Translations under genes and position numbers: made by a program
Origin: Lophium mytilinum
Lineage: Eukaryota
Reading direction: 5' to 3'
DNA length: 64,000 bases
Assembly: GCA_010093605.1 (NCBI GenBank)
Contig: MU004181.1
Location: forward strand, 62,001 to 126,000
The notes under the pieces: generated by a model
The model's input: the letters and a program-made list of their open reading frames with translations, nothing else
What the model was told of the DNA's origin: nothing
The model's database searches: none
Shown: positions 25,771 through 39,115 of the stretch, piece after piece
Numbering within the stretch: position 1 is the first letter of the stretch
Layout: each line of letters opens with the position of its first letter

Positions 25771-28700
25771 CGGAGTGGAAGAAAGGGGATAAGGAGGGCT
25801 AAGTTCTAGAATCGTGGGATATGCTTCCTCTCGGATCGATCGACCTAGTACGCCTCCGGCACCAGCTGGCGTATTGTTCAAGAGCACAGCTTATAAGACT
25901 ACATATGGGTAATATTGTAATGTTAGACGGCCTTCAAGAACCACTGCAATCCTTTGAGGCTCGCTCAACATGCACTGACAGGCCGTGAAATATGAGGACC
26001 ATCTTTAGGAGCTCTACATGTTGATCCCGGTGATTTTTAAGTAGTTATAGCAAAAGGATAGCATGGAAGATGTGTCCTTCTTGTCAGACTCGCCTTCTAC
26101 CTAATTGCAGCTGGTGCCACTGACATGAATTTTCAAATCTTGAGGGCAGTCAACATGAATCAGAGGACCTCCAAAGGGACTGTATGGTAGTTCTTCAATG
26201 GAAGCTTTCATTTAGAAGTAACATATGATTGGAACACGTCTACAAGCTATGGACTGATCCCAGCGTCAAGATCTTTGCAAGCAACCTCTCATGTTGGGTG
26301 GAGCGGTAGGCATCATGGGCATGTCTGGCATGTTCGACGTGGCGGCATATCTCCCATGGGGAACTCGGAGCCTTTGTAAGCTCCTCAGCCATTGAATCCA
26401 CCACGGCGCGTTGATTTTTGACCACTCTGTTCCCGCGTCACTGTTCCTTTAACAGGTCTTTTCCTCTCAGGAATGCCTTACGAACAATACGTCTGTGACC
26501 TCGGAAACCTATAACCCAAACCGTGATCCGTCGGCCAGGAGAATTCGTGTAGCCGCAGGTGTCGATTTCTGAACGCCCTATGAGCAATTCGTCGTTTTCC
26601 AAGCCATCCCGCGCCGTTCGCAAGCCCGAGAGGATCCACACCTTCTTCATGCCAGGGAGAAGACATGCCGTCCTCGATCTAGAAAGAACGCACACGGGTC
26701 TGAAGCCAGACAGAAGTCAGCCCATCCGTCGTGGTCTATTTGCCCTGGCCGAGTGAGACCATTGCGGATTAGGCCAGTATCTTTACGATATCCGTCCTGA
26801 AATGGTAACATCCGTTAGAACGTGCTAGAAAAAGACATTCCATAAACCCGTACGTTCCTGGGCGTATCCCTCGTCGTCGTATACAGGGTGGCTTTAGGAC
26901 GAGCATTTATGGTAGCCGTTCTAATCCTTGTCGTAGATGTAGCAGAAGTCGCGGTCGCACGCCCATGCGGTTTTGGTGCGCTCAATTATCTCGCGGACGA
27001 CTGGTCCATATCTTGTTCCTTTGTAGTTCCACTGTGTGAACCGGTGTCTTTAGACGCCGCGGAGATGTCTGCACTCTATCCCGAGCGGCGCATGCTGCTG
27101 AATTGCGTGATAACATCGGTGATTGTGTTGAAGCTGGCATTGACCAGAATTTTAGCGGTTTAAGCTGCGGTGGTGATAGGGGGGCAGAAGTCGTTCTTGA
27201 GGTTTTTATGGATCCTTAAATTCTCCGAGCTCGTTCTAGCGGCCAAAGCGACGGCAGAGAGTTCGAGAGGGGGCCGCCCCCTTCAGTAAGCAGGCGATTC
27301 TAACGGGGTGGCGTGGAGAAGTTTTTCCAGATTGCGGTACTAATGCGTATTGGATACGCTACAGAGAAACCGAATATGAAGAAGAAAGGCCAGGGTTCGG
27401 AGGAAGAATGGTAGAGGACTGGGATGAAATGGATCCTGCAACAGATTCCTCTCGATTTTTGAGCTCATTGTTGCCGCCAAGCCAACGGCGGATATTCGAG
27501 AGGGTCCTCCAGGCCCCGGTAGAAAGCTGTTCTTGTACGGCAGCTTGAGCTTCGCTTTGGCGGCACAGAACAGCGTCTTCTACAGCCGAGCGTTCTTCGA
27601 GTCAAGGGTGTTTTAGGCGCCGGCATTGTAGGAGCAGCACTCGAAGACCACCTCTTGGCCAGCGGTGTTGGTGCAGAGTGCTCTTAGCTACAAGAGGCAT
27701 AGCGAGGTCAGCTACAATTGATGATGATGAGCTTGATGCACAGCTTGCTCAACAGCTGCCCAAAAGCTTGGAGCTTGCGAAGACTGTTTGGTACAACAGC
27801 CAGCAGCGCAGGGGACAACGCACCTTGTCGGGCAGAACGCGGGTGCCTAGGCCTCTCAGCGGGACCTTGAACTCGTGGTCGCTGCCCTGGATGGCGATCT
27901 TGATGGCAATGAGGGTGTCGAGGGTAACGGGGATGTTGGTGCACAGCTCGGCCAGGCTGGCGTCGGCGCTCGCGGAGAGGCCTCGAAGGGCCATCCTTTC
28001 AGGTTGTGAAAGTAGCTGGGGCAGATTCGAGCCGAGGAACAGAGGCCGATGATGGAGAAGGAAGGCGGCGTTTCGGAGGTGTCTTTGAGGACGCACACAG
28101 CGGCAGGCATCGGGAGGGTTGCTGTGCGAGTTTTATGGTAGATGGCCAGTCCCGTACGCTTTTCTCCATAGCCGTCGAAGTTATGTCTGCAACCAGCCGC
28201 AGAGGATATGTAATGAGGATAGCCGGCGTGGTGGATCTGCTTGTCGGAGGGCTCTCTTGATGCTTGTAATAATCTTCTCGTGCTCTCCGAAGACAGCCTC
28301 AAGATGTTGGCCATAGTTTAGAGCTAGTGGCATAAGCAGGAAGCTGAAGTCGTTATACTGCCGATGTGGGTCGATGGCAGGGAAAAAGATTTCCTATGAG
28401 ACTTTCTCGCCGATACGACGAGAGGGGCTGGCGTCTGGTCTATAATGTTGCTCAAGGAGAGGTACGATATGCCCTTCGCCGGCGTCCAGTAGGCGGCGAA
28501 GGGCCAAGGCACCACAGGCCCACGTCACATCCATGCCACGCAGTGCGCACTGAAGTAAACCAAATCGTAGGCGCAAGCTTTTGTAGTTCATCCCACAGAG
28601 CTACGGTAGGCCTCGCGCTTGTTCAGTGGCAGGATGGCACTGCGCGCCAGACATCAAGCTCGGGCGGTGCATTCACGATACGCGCACTGAACGCCTTGCT

Positions 28701-30301
28701 GAGGACTGCGAAAGCAGAGAAAGCTCATGAGGAGCTGCATAGTCACGTAGAAATGCAATTGATGTCTCCGCAATTCACTGGCAAATGCCCACCGATCGTC
28801 GCAAGACCATACCCAGAGCGCCCATGGTACCAATATTGCCTTCGCGCCCCAGCCACACCCTCACATTCCATCAATAGATATCTTCCTGGGGTACGCTGAA
28901 CGTGTTCCAATCTCATAGCAAATTTGATGAGCTCGCTGCCTGAATCGGTGGCGGATGAGAGCTGCTTGTCGCCGACGAGCCAGAGCGGGTCCCTTGGTCG
29001 GAGCACCACGCAAAGTTCTGCAGCAAACATCCTAGAGCAATTCCAGTAGGGGCTTGTATATCTAGTCTCTCCAAGTGATTCGTAGAGCGTCGAACGCGTG
29101 TCGTAAAAATCTGCGACGCGTCGCAGCGTGGACGTGCCGCTCAACACCACGCGCGTTGCCACAGCACACCACCACATCATTACGAACAGTATATGCAAAA
29201 GAAAGGCAAGGCAAAATCAAGGCAAAGCGGGGCAACAGTAACGAACTTTGATGTCACGGCAAGTCACAAGTAGACAATCACGAAGAGGAAGTTCTTCTTC
29301 GAGGCCCCGGACAAGCCGAGAAGCTCAATGAAAAGACAAAGTGGAGTGCAACCCTAGCAGGATATCGAGAGAACATCTTCTCTCCCTGCCCAGAGGCGGG
29401 CAGCCCTAGCCTGGTGTATTAGCGAGTCGAATTGGAGAGGAGTGAGGAGGAAAACTTATCTTTTCCCATTATGGAGTCACGCTGGAGAGAGCCTGGTCAA
29501 GGTCAGCAAGACGATCGTGAAGGGAGGTCAGTGACTTATCTTGGTTTGGTTGTTGGCCCGAAGGCAGAAGGTCTAGAGAAGAAGTGTAGTTAGCTATTCG
29601 ATCCTTGACATGAAACAAAACGACGAAAGCAAAAACAGATCCTCCTCTTTCTGGCGACTTTGGCTGGCTGGCGTTGTAGAAGTTGGAAGGACGACGAGCT
29701 TAAGTAGTCGAAAAGTTGCGGCGGCGTTTCGGACTAACTTTGCTCCGTGTGTGGTCCGTATAGCCGTGTCCAATCCCAGTATGCATACATTGTGCAGTAA
29801 GAACCCGAACATGACATCTGCAGAAGTAGTAGAGCGGAATATGACCAAATGGTCTTCGACACACCATTGGTGACGTCACAGTTTTGTCGATTCCCCAGCA
29901 ACATATCCATCCCTAACACTTGGCCTCCAACAAGTCGAAATAGCAGGGAAAATAGAATAACTACTGACGACGGGAAAGCGCAAGTAACCCCATGTCTATG
30001 CCTTCAAGGTATAATCCGCTCATAGTCTTCACAGTGTGACCGATGCCGATGCCCTTGAGCACTGCAAAACGGGCATGGAATCCTACTTTCACTACATCGT
30101 TTGGAATCTTTCTACCTGATCACCCCTGTCGACCACATTCACTCATCATGGGGCCCGTCATCCAATTAATATTCCAGTGGAGTAGCTACATTCGACCTGC
30201 AACCCACAAACCACAACCACCAGACGTACCTACCACACCGACACACAACTCCTGCCAGTCACCGAGTCCTTTCCAATCGGAACTATCAACAAGTCACCGC
30301 A

Positions 30302-31723
30302 ATGCCTACCAAGTCGGTCGACCCTGAATTTGAGGCCATGATGAATAGGGCCGCAATGGCATTGCAGAATCTGCCAATCATGTCGGGATCTCACCTTTCT
30401 CCAATTCGTTCTGTTCCAGTCACGCAGAACCAGACTCTTCCTCCTAGCGTCTCTTCCGATCGACAAGCAGCCACGACCTCTGCTTTCGTATCAGATGACA
30501 TCGACACGCTGTCTGGCTCCCAAACAGAAGATCTCACCAAGCGGTCTCCACTCATTACTTTCTTGACGGAATCAGATCGATATGTGCCAATGTTCGACGT
30601 AATCACGCGCTGCCTACCGGTCTCGGATCTCCTAAACCTGAAGCGTGTGAGCAAGGAGCTGCAGGACGTATACGCCAAAGCCCAAAAGTCCCAGTGGAAT
30701 GAAGCCCGGGCTTTCGGTAACTTCTTCAAAGACCCGACAGGCTTCCGTAACAAGCTTGGAGAGGTCGCTGGCCTCATTTCCGGTATATTCGTCTTGCGAT
30801 TCTTGGCCCGTGCAGGCAATGGCAACATGTTAGACCTTTACGCCACCTACGGCCCGCAGGCTGACGCGCTTGAGAAGTATCTTCTTGACGTGGAGGGCTA
30901 CTACGTCAGCGACGAGGAGACAGCACCAGTGCCAAGCAACCTTAATGTATCGAGGTCACGTAAGGCGCAGACGTTTCGCTCTTCCCGCGACAAACGTCTC
31001 TTCATCTACCTCAATCACACGAACTCTTCCCCCATGCTGGACATACTTCGGGGTGATGTGTACAGCACCGCGGCAACTTCGATCATGACGGCAACAAAGG
31101 TCTATTCTCCATTTGCTAACATGACTTTCAAGAGCGATAAAGCCTACATAATCCGCGCCCTCGACCAGAACGCTCAGACGCACTTGAAGGATATTGAGCA
31201 CGCTCGGCGCGAGATCCTGGACCTGCGCTTCAAGGATCGGGGAATAGCGAAGTATCGTCGCTTGAACGACGGGGACTGCTGGGTCATGAGCCTGGATACC
31301 TGCAATATCGCCACGCCCGCCGTCCCTGATTACGTGTATGATCACACCGACTTTCTGTTCACTGATAGCAACCATCGGCTCTCCCCTCCAGAGAACATCG
31401 GCAGCTCGCTTCACTACAACTGCCTTTTGGGCCCCTTGCTTCACCCGGGACTCAAGCACACGTGGCTCGGCTGCGTCGAGGCGGACAACCGAAAGGATGC
31501 AATCATGCGTCGGCTGGACGCAGTGGTCTGGGCGCAACTGTGGAAACTTCGGGGCCGGGATCGGCCGGTCAATTGGGATGAGATGCTGCGGACGCCTCTG
31601 CTGGTGCGCGAGATGACGGGCTATACGGGTAAGACATTCGATGAGAAGCTGCCAGAGTGGATCAAGGAGCTTGACGATCTAAGCCCTGTGAAGACGGATG
31701 GGCCGTCAACCGCAACGAGGTAG
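30302..31723 (+). CDS. F-box-like + nucleotidyltransferase-like family protein, copy 2
   Basis: 473-aa ORF with YVPMFDVITRCLPVSDLLNLKRVSKEL, QWN, LISGIFVLRFL..LDLY, TATKVYSPFA, RRLNDGDCW, HPGLKHTW and FDEKLPEW. Confidence 0.88.
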   Translation: MPTKSVDPEFEAMMNRAAMALQNLPIMSGSHLSPIRSVPVTQNQTLPPSVSSDRQAATTSAFVSDDIDTLSGSQTEDLTKRSPLITFLTESDRYVPMFDVITRCLPVSDLLNLKRVSKELQDVYAKAQKSQWNEARAFGNFFKDPTGFRNKLGEVAGLISGIFVLRFLARAGNGNMLDLYATYGPQADALEKYLLDVEGYYVSDEETAPVPSNLNVSRSRKAQTFRSSRDKRLFIYLNHTNSSPMLDILRGDVYSTAATSIMTATKVYSPFANMTFKSDKAYIIRALDQNAQTHLKDIEHARREILDLRFKDRGIAKYRRLNDGDCWVMSLDTCNIATPAVPDYVYDHTDFLFTDSNHRLSPPENIGSSLHYNCLLGPLLHPGLKHTWLGCVEADNRKDAIMRRLDAVVWAQLWKLRGRDRPVNWDEMLRTPLLVREMTGYTGKTFDEKLPEWIKELDDLSPVKTDGPSTATR

Positions 31724-32797
31724 GCTACGGAATGTACCTGAGTGACACTTCTAGAGCAGCATTTCGGGTTCAATCCATACGGCTCTCTCGGGCTCCGAAA
31801 TAGTCGTACTTGTTTCCATGTTCAGGTATCGAGGTCTTTGGGGCGCAGCGGTGCTTAAGTATGTACATCTAGTAGATATGTTCCCTTGGAAGAGTCTAAA
31901 ATAGATATCAATTCAGGCTCTTCATTCCCTGTCATGCGCAAAGTAAAACGAGATCATACGACGCTTCACGTTAACTTGTCTGTTCTAGCTCTACTTCTCC
32001 GAATACAAGCGTGACATACAGCGAAACGCCGCGATGGCTTTGCTATTTGCGGTCAGAAGTAGGACGCTATTGAAGCTTCTCATATGTGATCAGGAAGCAA
32101 GCAAGAGCATTAAAACTTCAACATATTAGCTTGGTCTCGCTGTTCTACGTTTCCTCAAAATGCGAGGAAAGTGGTTATACAGCAGCCAATCACGCTAACT
32201 GCTATCGTATGAGACTTTCCTGATGCACAATTTTGAAAAAATCACATCTCATCCGTTCTTGTGATGCCTCAGGAGGCGCTAAACCATATTAAACAGTTGT
32301 AATGACGCATTTAGCTGTGCATTGTATTATTTAGAGATCTTTCGTGACCCAACGAGGAGGGGAAAGAAGTCGAGGGAGAGAAAATGATGTGGGCAGGTAA
32401 AAGGCAGGTTGAATTTAAGGGGCGGTCCAAATTGTGCAGTAGTTAAAGGTGTAGAGGGGTCAGAACGCAGGCCTTCACCAAGCTACCTTTCTGACTTCCT
32501 GTTCGGCGAAAAGACCCCGAAAGATAACGTCCATCTTTCAGCAAGTTGATGCTGCTCGAAATTGGGAGACTATTCCGAACTACATAAAGAGGTCCTCTAG
32601 GAAGCTATCTAAGCTCTAAATGAAGCGCTTAGAATCTATTGACTAGTTTACCATCGTGAACAATTTTAGTTACAGTTGAGTAAGCCATCTAGCGCAGACT
32701 TCGAGCTAGTTTATATGGAACAAGGCATTGCACATACTAACTCCATTAGCCTCTTAAAATCCAAGCGAGAGGTAGCATTAGTACAGTTTGCCACCAT

Positions 32798-34018
32798 CTA
32801 GGAGCGACGGAAGAGCTTCGCCAGCATGTGCACCCATTTCTTCCTCCTGCTCGGCAGTAATGGATGATTGAGTTCTTGAAGCCACTCCGGGATTTTCTCA
32901 TCAAACAATCTGCCCTTGTAGCCCGTCATTGTCTGTAGTAACTCTTTCCTGTGCTGCAACTCGTCCCAATTTTCTGGGAGGTCCTCCCGGGGAAGATCAC
33001 ACAGTTCCATGAACACCAGCGCGTCCAATCGGCGTGCGATTGGTTCCACACGGCCCAGGCCGGCTACAGTCCAATCGTGTGCTACAATCCACTCGTGAGC
33101 CAATCCAGCATGCTTCAACTCCCTCAGCATGATGCGGTAGTGGAGTGGACCACGCCGATTGGTACTGCAGGTAACGAGGAACTCTGCGTGCTCCAAGACA
33201 TAGTCCGGCGTAGATGGCGGCGCAATGTGAGTGGTGTCGAGTGCCATGATCCAAGATGAGCTGTCATTCAGTCGCCGAAGCCGAGTCTTTCCTCTGTCCT
33301 TAAAGCGCGTATCCAGCAACTCATACCCCCTTGCCTTTACATATGATAATTCGTCTCTACCCTCGTAGTCAAGGGGACGCATGCAGTAGGCCTTCTTCGT
33401 CTTGAGCGTCATATCCGCAAAAGGGGCATAGGCTTTCGTTGCCGTCATGAAGACAGTCCCTGCAGTTGTACCCCAAACCCCCCTCAGAACTTGATCCAGT
33501 GGGTGATCCATGGATTGAAGAATGGAAATCCAGAGCCTCGTCTTCTTGCAATGCTGAAAGTATTGAGTTTTGTAAAAAACCGTCGGTGGGTCGCCGGGGC
33601 GGATGTCCTCTGTAAAGCCCTCGTCGATCAAATACTTTTCGACAGCATCGCCTTGCTCGCCGAGGTGAACCTGGAGATCCAGTGAGTTGCCGACAGGGTT
33701 TCGATCGAAGAAGTCCATAGCAAAGACGCCAGCAATGAACGCAGAATTTTGTCCGAGCTTGTTCCTGAACTCTTCAGGTTTTGTGACGAATTTCTTCAGG
33801 GCAGTGTTGACGTTCCATTGTGTATCTTTGGTCTTCTGGTACACCCCGCGGAGGTCTTGGCTGACGCGACTTAGCGTTTTAAGATCAGAAGGCTCCAGAG
33901 AACGTGTGATGGCATCGAACATGGGCACATATTGGTCGGGCTTTGCGAGGAAATCGACCAGAGGTGAGCGATCGTCAGACGCCCGAGTGGGATTACCGAC
34001 TTTCTGGAAAGCAGACAT
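32798..34018 (-). CDS. F-box-like + nucleotidyltransferase-like family protein, copy 3 (an upstream in-frame ATG exists at 34108)
   Basis: YVPMFDAITRSLEPSDLKTLSRVSQDL, QWNVNTALKKF, FIAGVFAMDFFDR..LDL, TATKAYAPFA and FDEKIPEW; most similar by eye to copy 2. Confidence 0.88.
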   Translation of the reverse strand: MSAFQKVGNPTRASDDRSPLVDFLAKPDQYVPMFDAITRSLEPSDLKTLSRVSQDLRGVYQKTKDTQWNVNTALKKFVTKPEEFRNKLGQNSAFIAGVFAMDFFDRNPVGNSLDLQVHLGEQGDAVEKYLIDEGFTEDIRPGDPPTVFYKTQYFQHCKKTRLWISILQSMDHPLDQVLRGVWGTTAGTVFMTATKAYAPFADMTLKTKKAYCMRPLDYEGRDELSYVKARGYELLDTRFKDRGKTRLRRLNDSSSWIMALDTTHIAPPSTPDYVLEHAEFLVTCSTNRRGPLHYRIMLRELKHAGLAHEWIVAHDWTVAGLGRVEPIARRLDALVFMELCDLPREDLPENWDELQHRKELLQTMTGYKGRLFDEKIPEWLQELNHPLLPSRRKKWVHMLAKLFRRS

Positions 34019-34216
34019 TGTGGTGATTGGAAACGGGTTCGGCCAGGGGAGTGTGCGGGGTGGTGGGTGGTGGGTAGACAAAAATTTAGGATGATCTTCG
34101 CTATACATCTCACGTTACCATTTTTGTACCCTAGCTAATGGTGCACCGTCAGTGAATGTAGACAACTAAACAGACAATGTGATCGGAACCTTATCTCTCA
34201 GAACCTGTAGTACACG

Positions 34217-34458
34217 CAGGGCTCGGTATCAATCAATCAATCGGGCCACTTCGAATTGATTGAATTGACAGCTTAGTCAGCAGAGGTTTCCGTTGATTGA
34301 AACCGTCAATATTGACTGATATCTGTATGGTCGACCAATCCAGTGCTTACGAATTGATTGATTGAACCTTTTCCAGAGCCCGATTGATTGCTTCAATCCC
34401 CCAAGACTTCAATCAATTCAATCGATCGATTGCTTCAGTTGATTGATTCCGAGCCCTG
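34217..34458. mobile_element. Non-autonomous hAT-type element (MITE), 242 bp
   Basis: TIRs CAGGGCTCGG(T/A)ATCAATCAA match 19/20. Perfect 8-bp TSD AGTACACG at 34209-34216 and 34459-34466. Internal ATCAATC/GATTGAT repeats. Confidence 0.93.
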
Positions 34459-34906
34459 AGTACACGCTTTGCCGGACCTGCATATTCATTGTGAATACCA
34501 GAGTCAACTAATGCAGGTGAGAGAAATCAGGTACTAGCGAAACTATAAAGCCGCTCATTTGCGAAGAGCTTTTTACTCGATTTTAGGTATAGTATCTCTA
34601 TTTTTTTGCGTCGATCCTGCTATATGGGTCTGAGTGGCTGGGTTTCTCTAGAGCGTGGATTACACTGGATAGGTTTTCGCACCACGGTCTGAGCTTGATG
34701 GCTTCATCGAAGGCTGTGTGGGATGGGTTCGTCACTCCGAAGAGATTTAGAAGTAGGTCAATGCCACCGATGCATTGAATTAGCTCTTACTTGAGAGTGA
34801 ACATTGTTAAACTAAAGCGTCTCAGGCACGTGGCTTCAGGAGTATTCTCGGTCACCTGCAAAGTCTCCAAGAAAACAAGTATCTATCAGCTTCGCCTTTG
34901 AGTCGA

Positions 34907-36251
34907 TTACCAACCAGAATCCATAGTTTCAGTTGCGGCTGCGAGCCAGTCCCTCACAAGCTCATCGTAGAACTTAGCCGGCACAAACGCCTCCGTCGAA
35001 ACCGACTGAGCACCGCCTAGGTTCTGATCTTTCTGTCGCTTCTCTTCCTCTGACTCCATGGCGTCCTTATCCACACACTCCTGCAAGCGCTTCAAGAAGG
35101 CAGTATCATCACATACCGCCCACTGATACTTCAACCCGACATGCTGAAGCGCCTTGATGTCCACAACCCTTCGAACGCGTCCTTCGAACTCCGCACGTGC
35201 ACCAAATGAGGTACTATCGAGCACATACTCTGGCTGCCTCGGCGCGTCCACGCCGTCAGTGTTGAGTGGTATGACCCACGTTCTCCCGTCGTCGAGGCCA
35301 CGCGACCAGTAAGCCGGTACGTAGTCCCGATACTCGAACCTCCCCGGTCTGCGGCCGGTGGTTCTAAGCAGGCGCCGCCATGGATCTCGAGAGTCTCCGT
35401 TGATGGTGTGGTAGCAGCTGTTACAGAAGGTCCAACGTGCGAAGGGCACGTATATCTTGATGGCAGTGACGAAGTTGGCGAGGGCGGTGTTGAATTGGAC
35501 GCCACCGCGCAGTATGGCGACGATGGGCTGCGTGCTGGTGTAGCGGATCGAGATTGCGGTTTTCTGGTGGATGGGGGACGACTGGCGCTCATAGCGTGCG
35601 CGCTTTGAGGCGTGGAGTATTAGTCTACGGCTTGAGTCGAGGAGGGAAGGGGTCGTCGGCAAGACTTACGGTTATCCAGTCGGAGCCTGCGAACTTGCTA
35701 GACTCATCGCTACGATCTTCCGATGCTATGGTGTAGCCCTCTTCAAGAAGATAGGCTACGAGCTGATCTTTGTGTGGGCTGCGGTCGTCGACTATTACCT
35801 GTATCAACGGCCGACCACGCCTGCGATCCAAGAAGTCGAGCACGAAAGTGCCGGAGATGACGCCCGAAGATTTCTCTAGTCTGTTACGGAAGGCAATAGG
35901 GCTCTTGAAGTAGCGCTGAAGTGCTGTGTTGATGTTCCATTGCGTTCGGAGCGCGGTCTCGTAGCCCTCGTGGGTGAATGCGCGGTGGACACGTCGTAGT
36001 TTGACGATGTCGGTTGGCTCGAGATATTGGATGATACGGTCGACCATTGGGACGTATCTGCTAGGCTCGAAGAGGAAGTTGAGGGGGTTCGGCGTGTATT
36101 CCACGGAGGCTGATACTCCTGTGTGATCCAGAGGCCCTTTTGCAGGTGGCCTTTTGGGTGAGGTTGGGGGCTGGTGTTGGCCACGGACTTCTCTGTCCCT
36201 ATTAACCCTATTGCCATCGACGATGAACCTGCTGGTGGGAAAGGAAGCCAT
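34907..36251 (-). CDS. F-box-like + nucleotidyltransferase-like family protein, copy 4 (intron 35603-35669)
   Basis: A phase-0 GTAAGT..CTAAT..AAG intron joins the two ORFs. Motifs YVPMVDRIIQYLEPTDIVKLRRV, QWNINTAL, VISGTFVLDFLDR, TALANFVTA and HVGLKYQW. Confidence 0.85.
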
Positions 36252-36916
36252 TTTTGGCGTTGAGAGCTGACTTTGCCAGCCGCACCTTATTTTGCTGATA
36301 AGAGTGGTAGGTAAGCTGGAGGCTGGTGTGCAAGCGTAGGTGCCTTTTCAGAAGGTAGTCTTTTGGTCGTGGCATAGTTTGGTGAATCGTGGATCTTGCC
36401 ACCTTACCTCGCAGAATTTTTACATCTTGAATGGGGGTGAATATATGAAAGAGCAGAGAAAATAACAGAGAGACATAGGAGACTAGCTTCCCTGAAGAAA
36501 CACTCATCTCCAGGAAAGTGCATAGTGCCCGCCTTATTTAATCAATCTGGGATTCCTGCTCGCGAACTAAGCCGTGACAAAGGAGGGTGCGCAAATCTTG
36601 AGGAGGATTATAGAATACGGCACAATAAAACAGGTTTAGACACTCCTTGGGTCTGCATGAGGTATCTTGGTAGGCTCTGAAACTTCACTTTGAAAACTCG
36701 ATGCAGTGGAAATCGGGTTATTTTTTGATTAACCGAAGGCGTACTAGCCATGGTGCTCCTTGCAGCGGCGTGGAGAGGCGGCAGAGCAGTGGGATCTCTG
36801 TGTATCTAGACTCATGATCTAGCACTGTATAGCATCCTTGCTGATGAAAGCGAAAGTGCGAGAGGTTAGATACCTTTCTGACCTCCCATCATGACATCCT
36901 AGCGTAGTCATGGAAA

Positions 36917-38232
36917 CTACACAACGACCTTCCCATCTTTGAACGCCTTCAAACACTCCAATACCAAGTCATCAAGCCAGATCGGCGGGTCGAATGCCCC
37001 TGCCTCCGCCTCAAACGACTCGACTCCAAAATCCGCCAAGAAGGCCGTTGGCCAACTCTCCTTCGGCATCGTCATGAGTTCCAGGACTAAGCACCCATGC
37101 ACCCTATCCTTGATAAGATCTACTTGGCACTCCCGGGCAGCCCATTCATATTGTAGAGCCACGTGCGTGATAGGCTCGACGTCCACGTGATACGTCCCGA
37201 GATTTCTGAATGTGGTATCTGGCGTGACGGCAAACGTGGTGCTGGAGATAACATGTTCTGGCTGCCAGGGGTCTTCCATATCGTCTGCATTGAGGGGAAA
37301 GGTCCAAGTGAAGCCATCGTCTAAGCTACGGAGTTCCTCTGGTACATCTTGTTCAATAAACTCGTTATCCCGGAGGCTCCGCCCACTCTCTTTCGCGATA
37401 GACAGGGCGTTGCATGCCTCCTCGTGGGGGTGTTCAAAGTCCCCGTATGGATAGGAGCGACGGAGGCGGAAGGTGGACTGCGCAAAAGGCACATACACGT
37501 GAGAAGACGTGATGATATTGGCGAGTGCAGTGGTGTGCTGGAGACCTTGGAGGATTGAGATCACTGGGGAATTCTCTGTACGGGTAATGTAGATGTGGTG
37601 AAGGGTAGGGTCGAATCTGCTCATTGAGTAATTCTTTCGCTTTCATAGAGTTAGTATTCCGCATGGACATCAGGAGATATTGTGAAGGAACATACACGAA
37701 CCCACGGCCGTGGATGGCCGTTCATCACCATATTGTACCCTTCAGCCACTAAGTAGTCGAATATAGTCTCAGTCATGTCTTCATCATCGCGCGAGACGAA
37801 GATGTCCAGGCGCTTGCAAGACGAGATGGTGCGGCGGTCGAGGAAGTGCAGCGCGAACTCGCCAGAGATGCATCCTGACGCCATGCCCAACGCATTCCGG
37901 AACGCCTTAGGATCTTTGAAGAACTTTGCAAGCGCAGTGTTGATGTTCCATTGTGTACTGAGCGCAGCGGGATACGCGTTGTAAGCAAGATTGCGGTTCA
38001 CGCCTCGAAGAACAACGAGATCTTCAGGTTCCAGGTAGTTGACGATGCGGTCGAAGATCGGGACGTATTGGGCTGAATTCGCGAGGAGGTCAATAAGACG
38101 ACCTTTTGGGGGTACAGTACCGTTGGAATCAGGAGTGTTGAGTTCGCCGGTATTCGTGTCGATCATGTCGATGTCCATGACATCTCTGGCTGGGATAACA
38201 GTGGCACCGTCGGGGGTGGAGGAGTCGGCCAT
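36917..38232 (-). CDS. F-box-like + nucleotidyltransferase-like family protein, copy 5 (intron 37640-37695)
   Basis: Phase-0 GTATGT..CTAAC..AAG intron. Motifs YVPIFDRIVNYLEPEDLVVLRGV, CISGEFALHFLDR..LDIFV, TALANIITS and LDDGFTW. Confidence 0.85.
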
Positions 38233-39115
38233 GGCTGTGGGCAGCTTGGAGCCGATCACTGTGTTATTTGAGTTGTGGCGGAGGAGGAGTGTGAAGCCAA
38301 GTAGCTAAGGATGTATCACAAACGCGTAAATACTGTTCGGGAGGTCCCCTTATTTCCGTTGCCTTGCTGTTCGGCCTGGTGAATGGAGGCCAGCATGAGC
38401 ACGGTCAATGCTTCAGATGTCACGTGCAACTGAACATCATCCAACCCAGCCACAAGATTTAGAGCACGATCACATTGCTCCTCATTTCACGGTCGGAGGG
38501 ACCTCTAATTGTATGTTACCTCTCCCATACGCGCACAACGCCGTTTATCAAACGCGCATGTGCAATTTCTGTCCGATTCTCTACATATTTGGCCTTCCAG
38601 TTCACCGTCATCTAGATAGCAAGACGAGTTGGCTCGTGAGCATAGCAATAGCGAATCGGGCGTCACGCTTCAGATGCTAATACCTTGAATACAGCTTTGG
38701 CAACGTTGCGCGAACCGCTTCGAAGATTCGACGCACGGAGGAATTTTGCGTGCTTGGAAAAAGCTGTGTGGTTAGTAACACGATACACAGCGATATCATG
38801 GCCTTTCATTGAGCTTGTAACGGTACATATCACAGTATGTGTCGAGAAGGTACGCCGTTGCTCCAGAATTGAGGGCCATTATTACCCAGGTGAAATCGAA
38901 AAAAAGATAATCCAAGCTCGCAATTTTATACTTGAACTTCTGTTTCTAAGCTGGGTATAGGATAGTGAAGTTGACTAGCTGAAGACTGCAGACTGGAGAC
39001 GCTCCCACGTTGCGTCAACCTAAGAAGCCAACAAGGGCAAGAAAAGAAGATACTTCTGCAGCCGTCGGCCTCGTCCGTTTTCAGCGAATAGAAACTAGGC
39101 CTCGGGCAGGCCATT

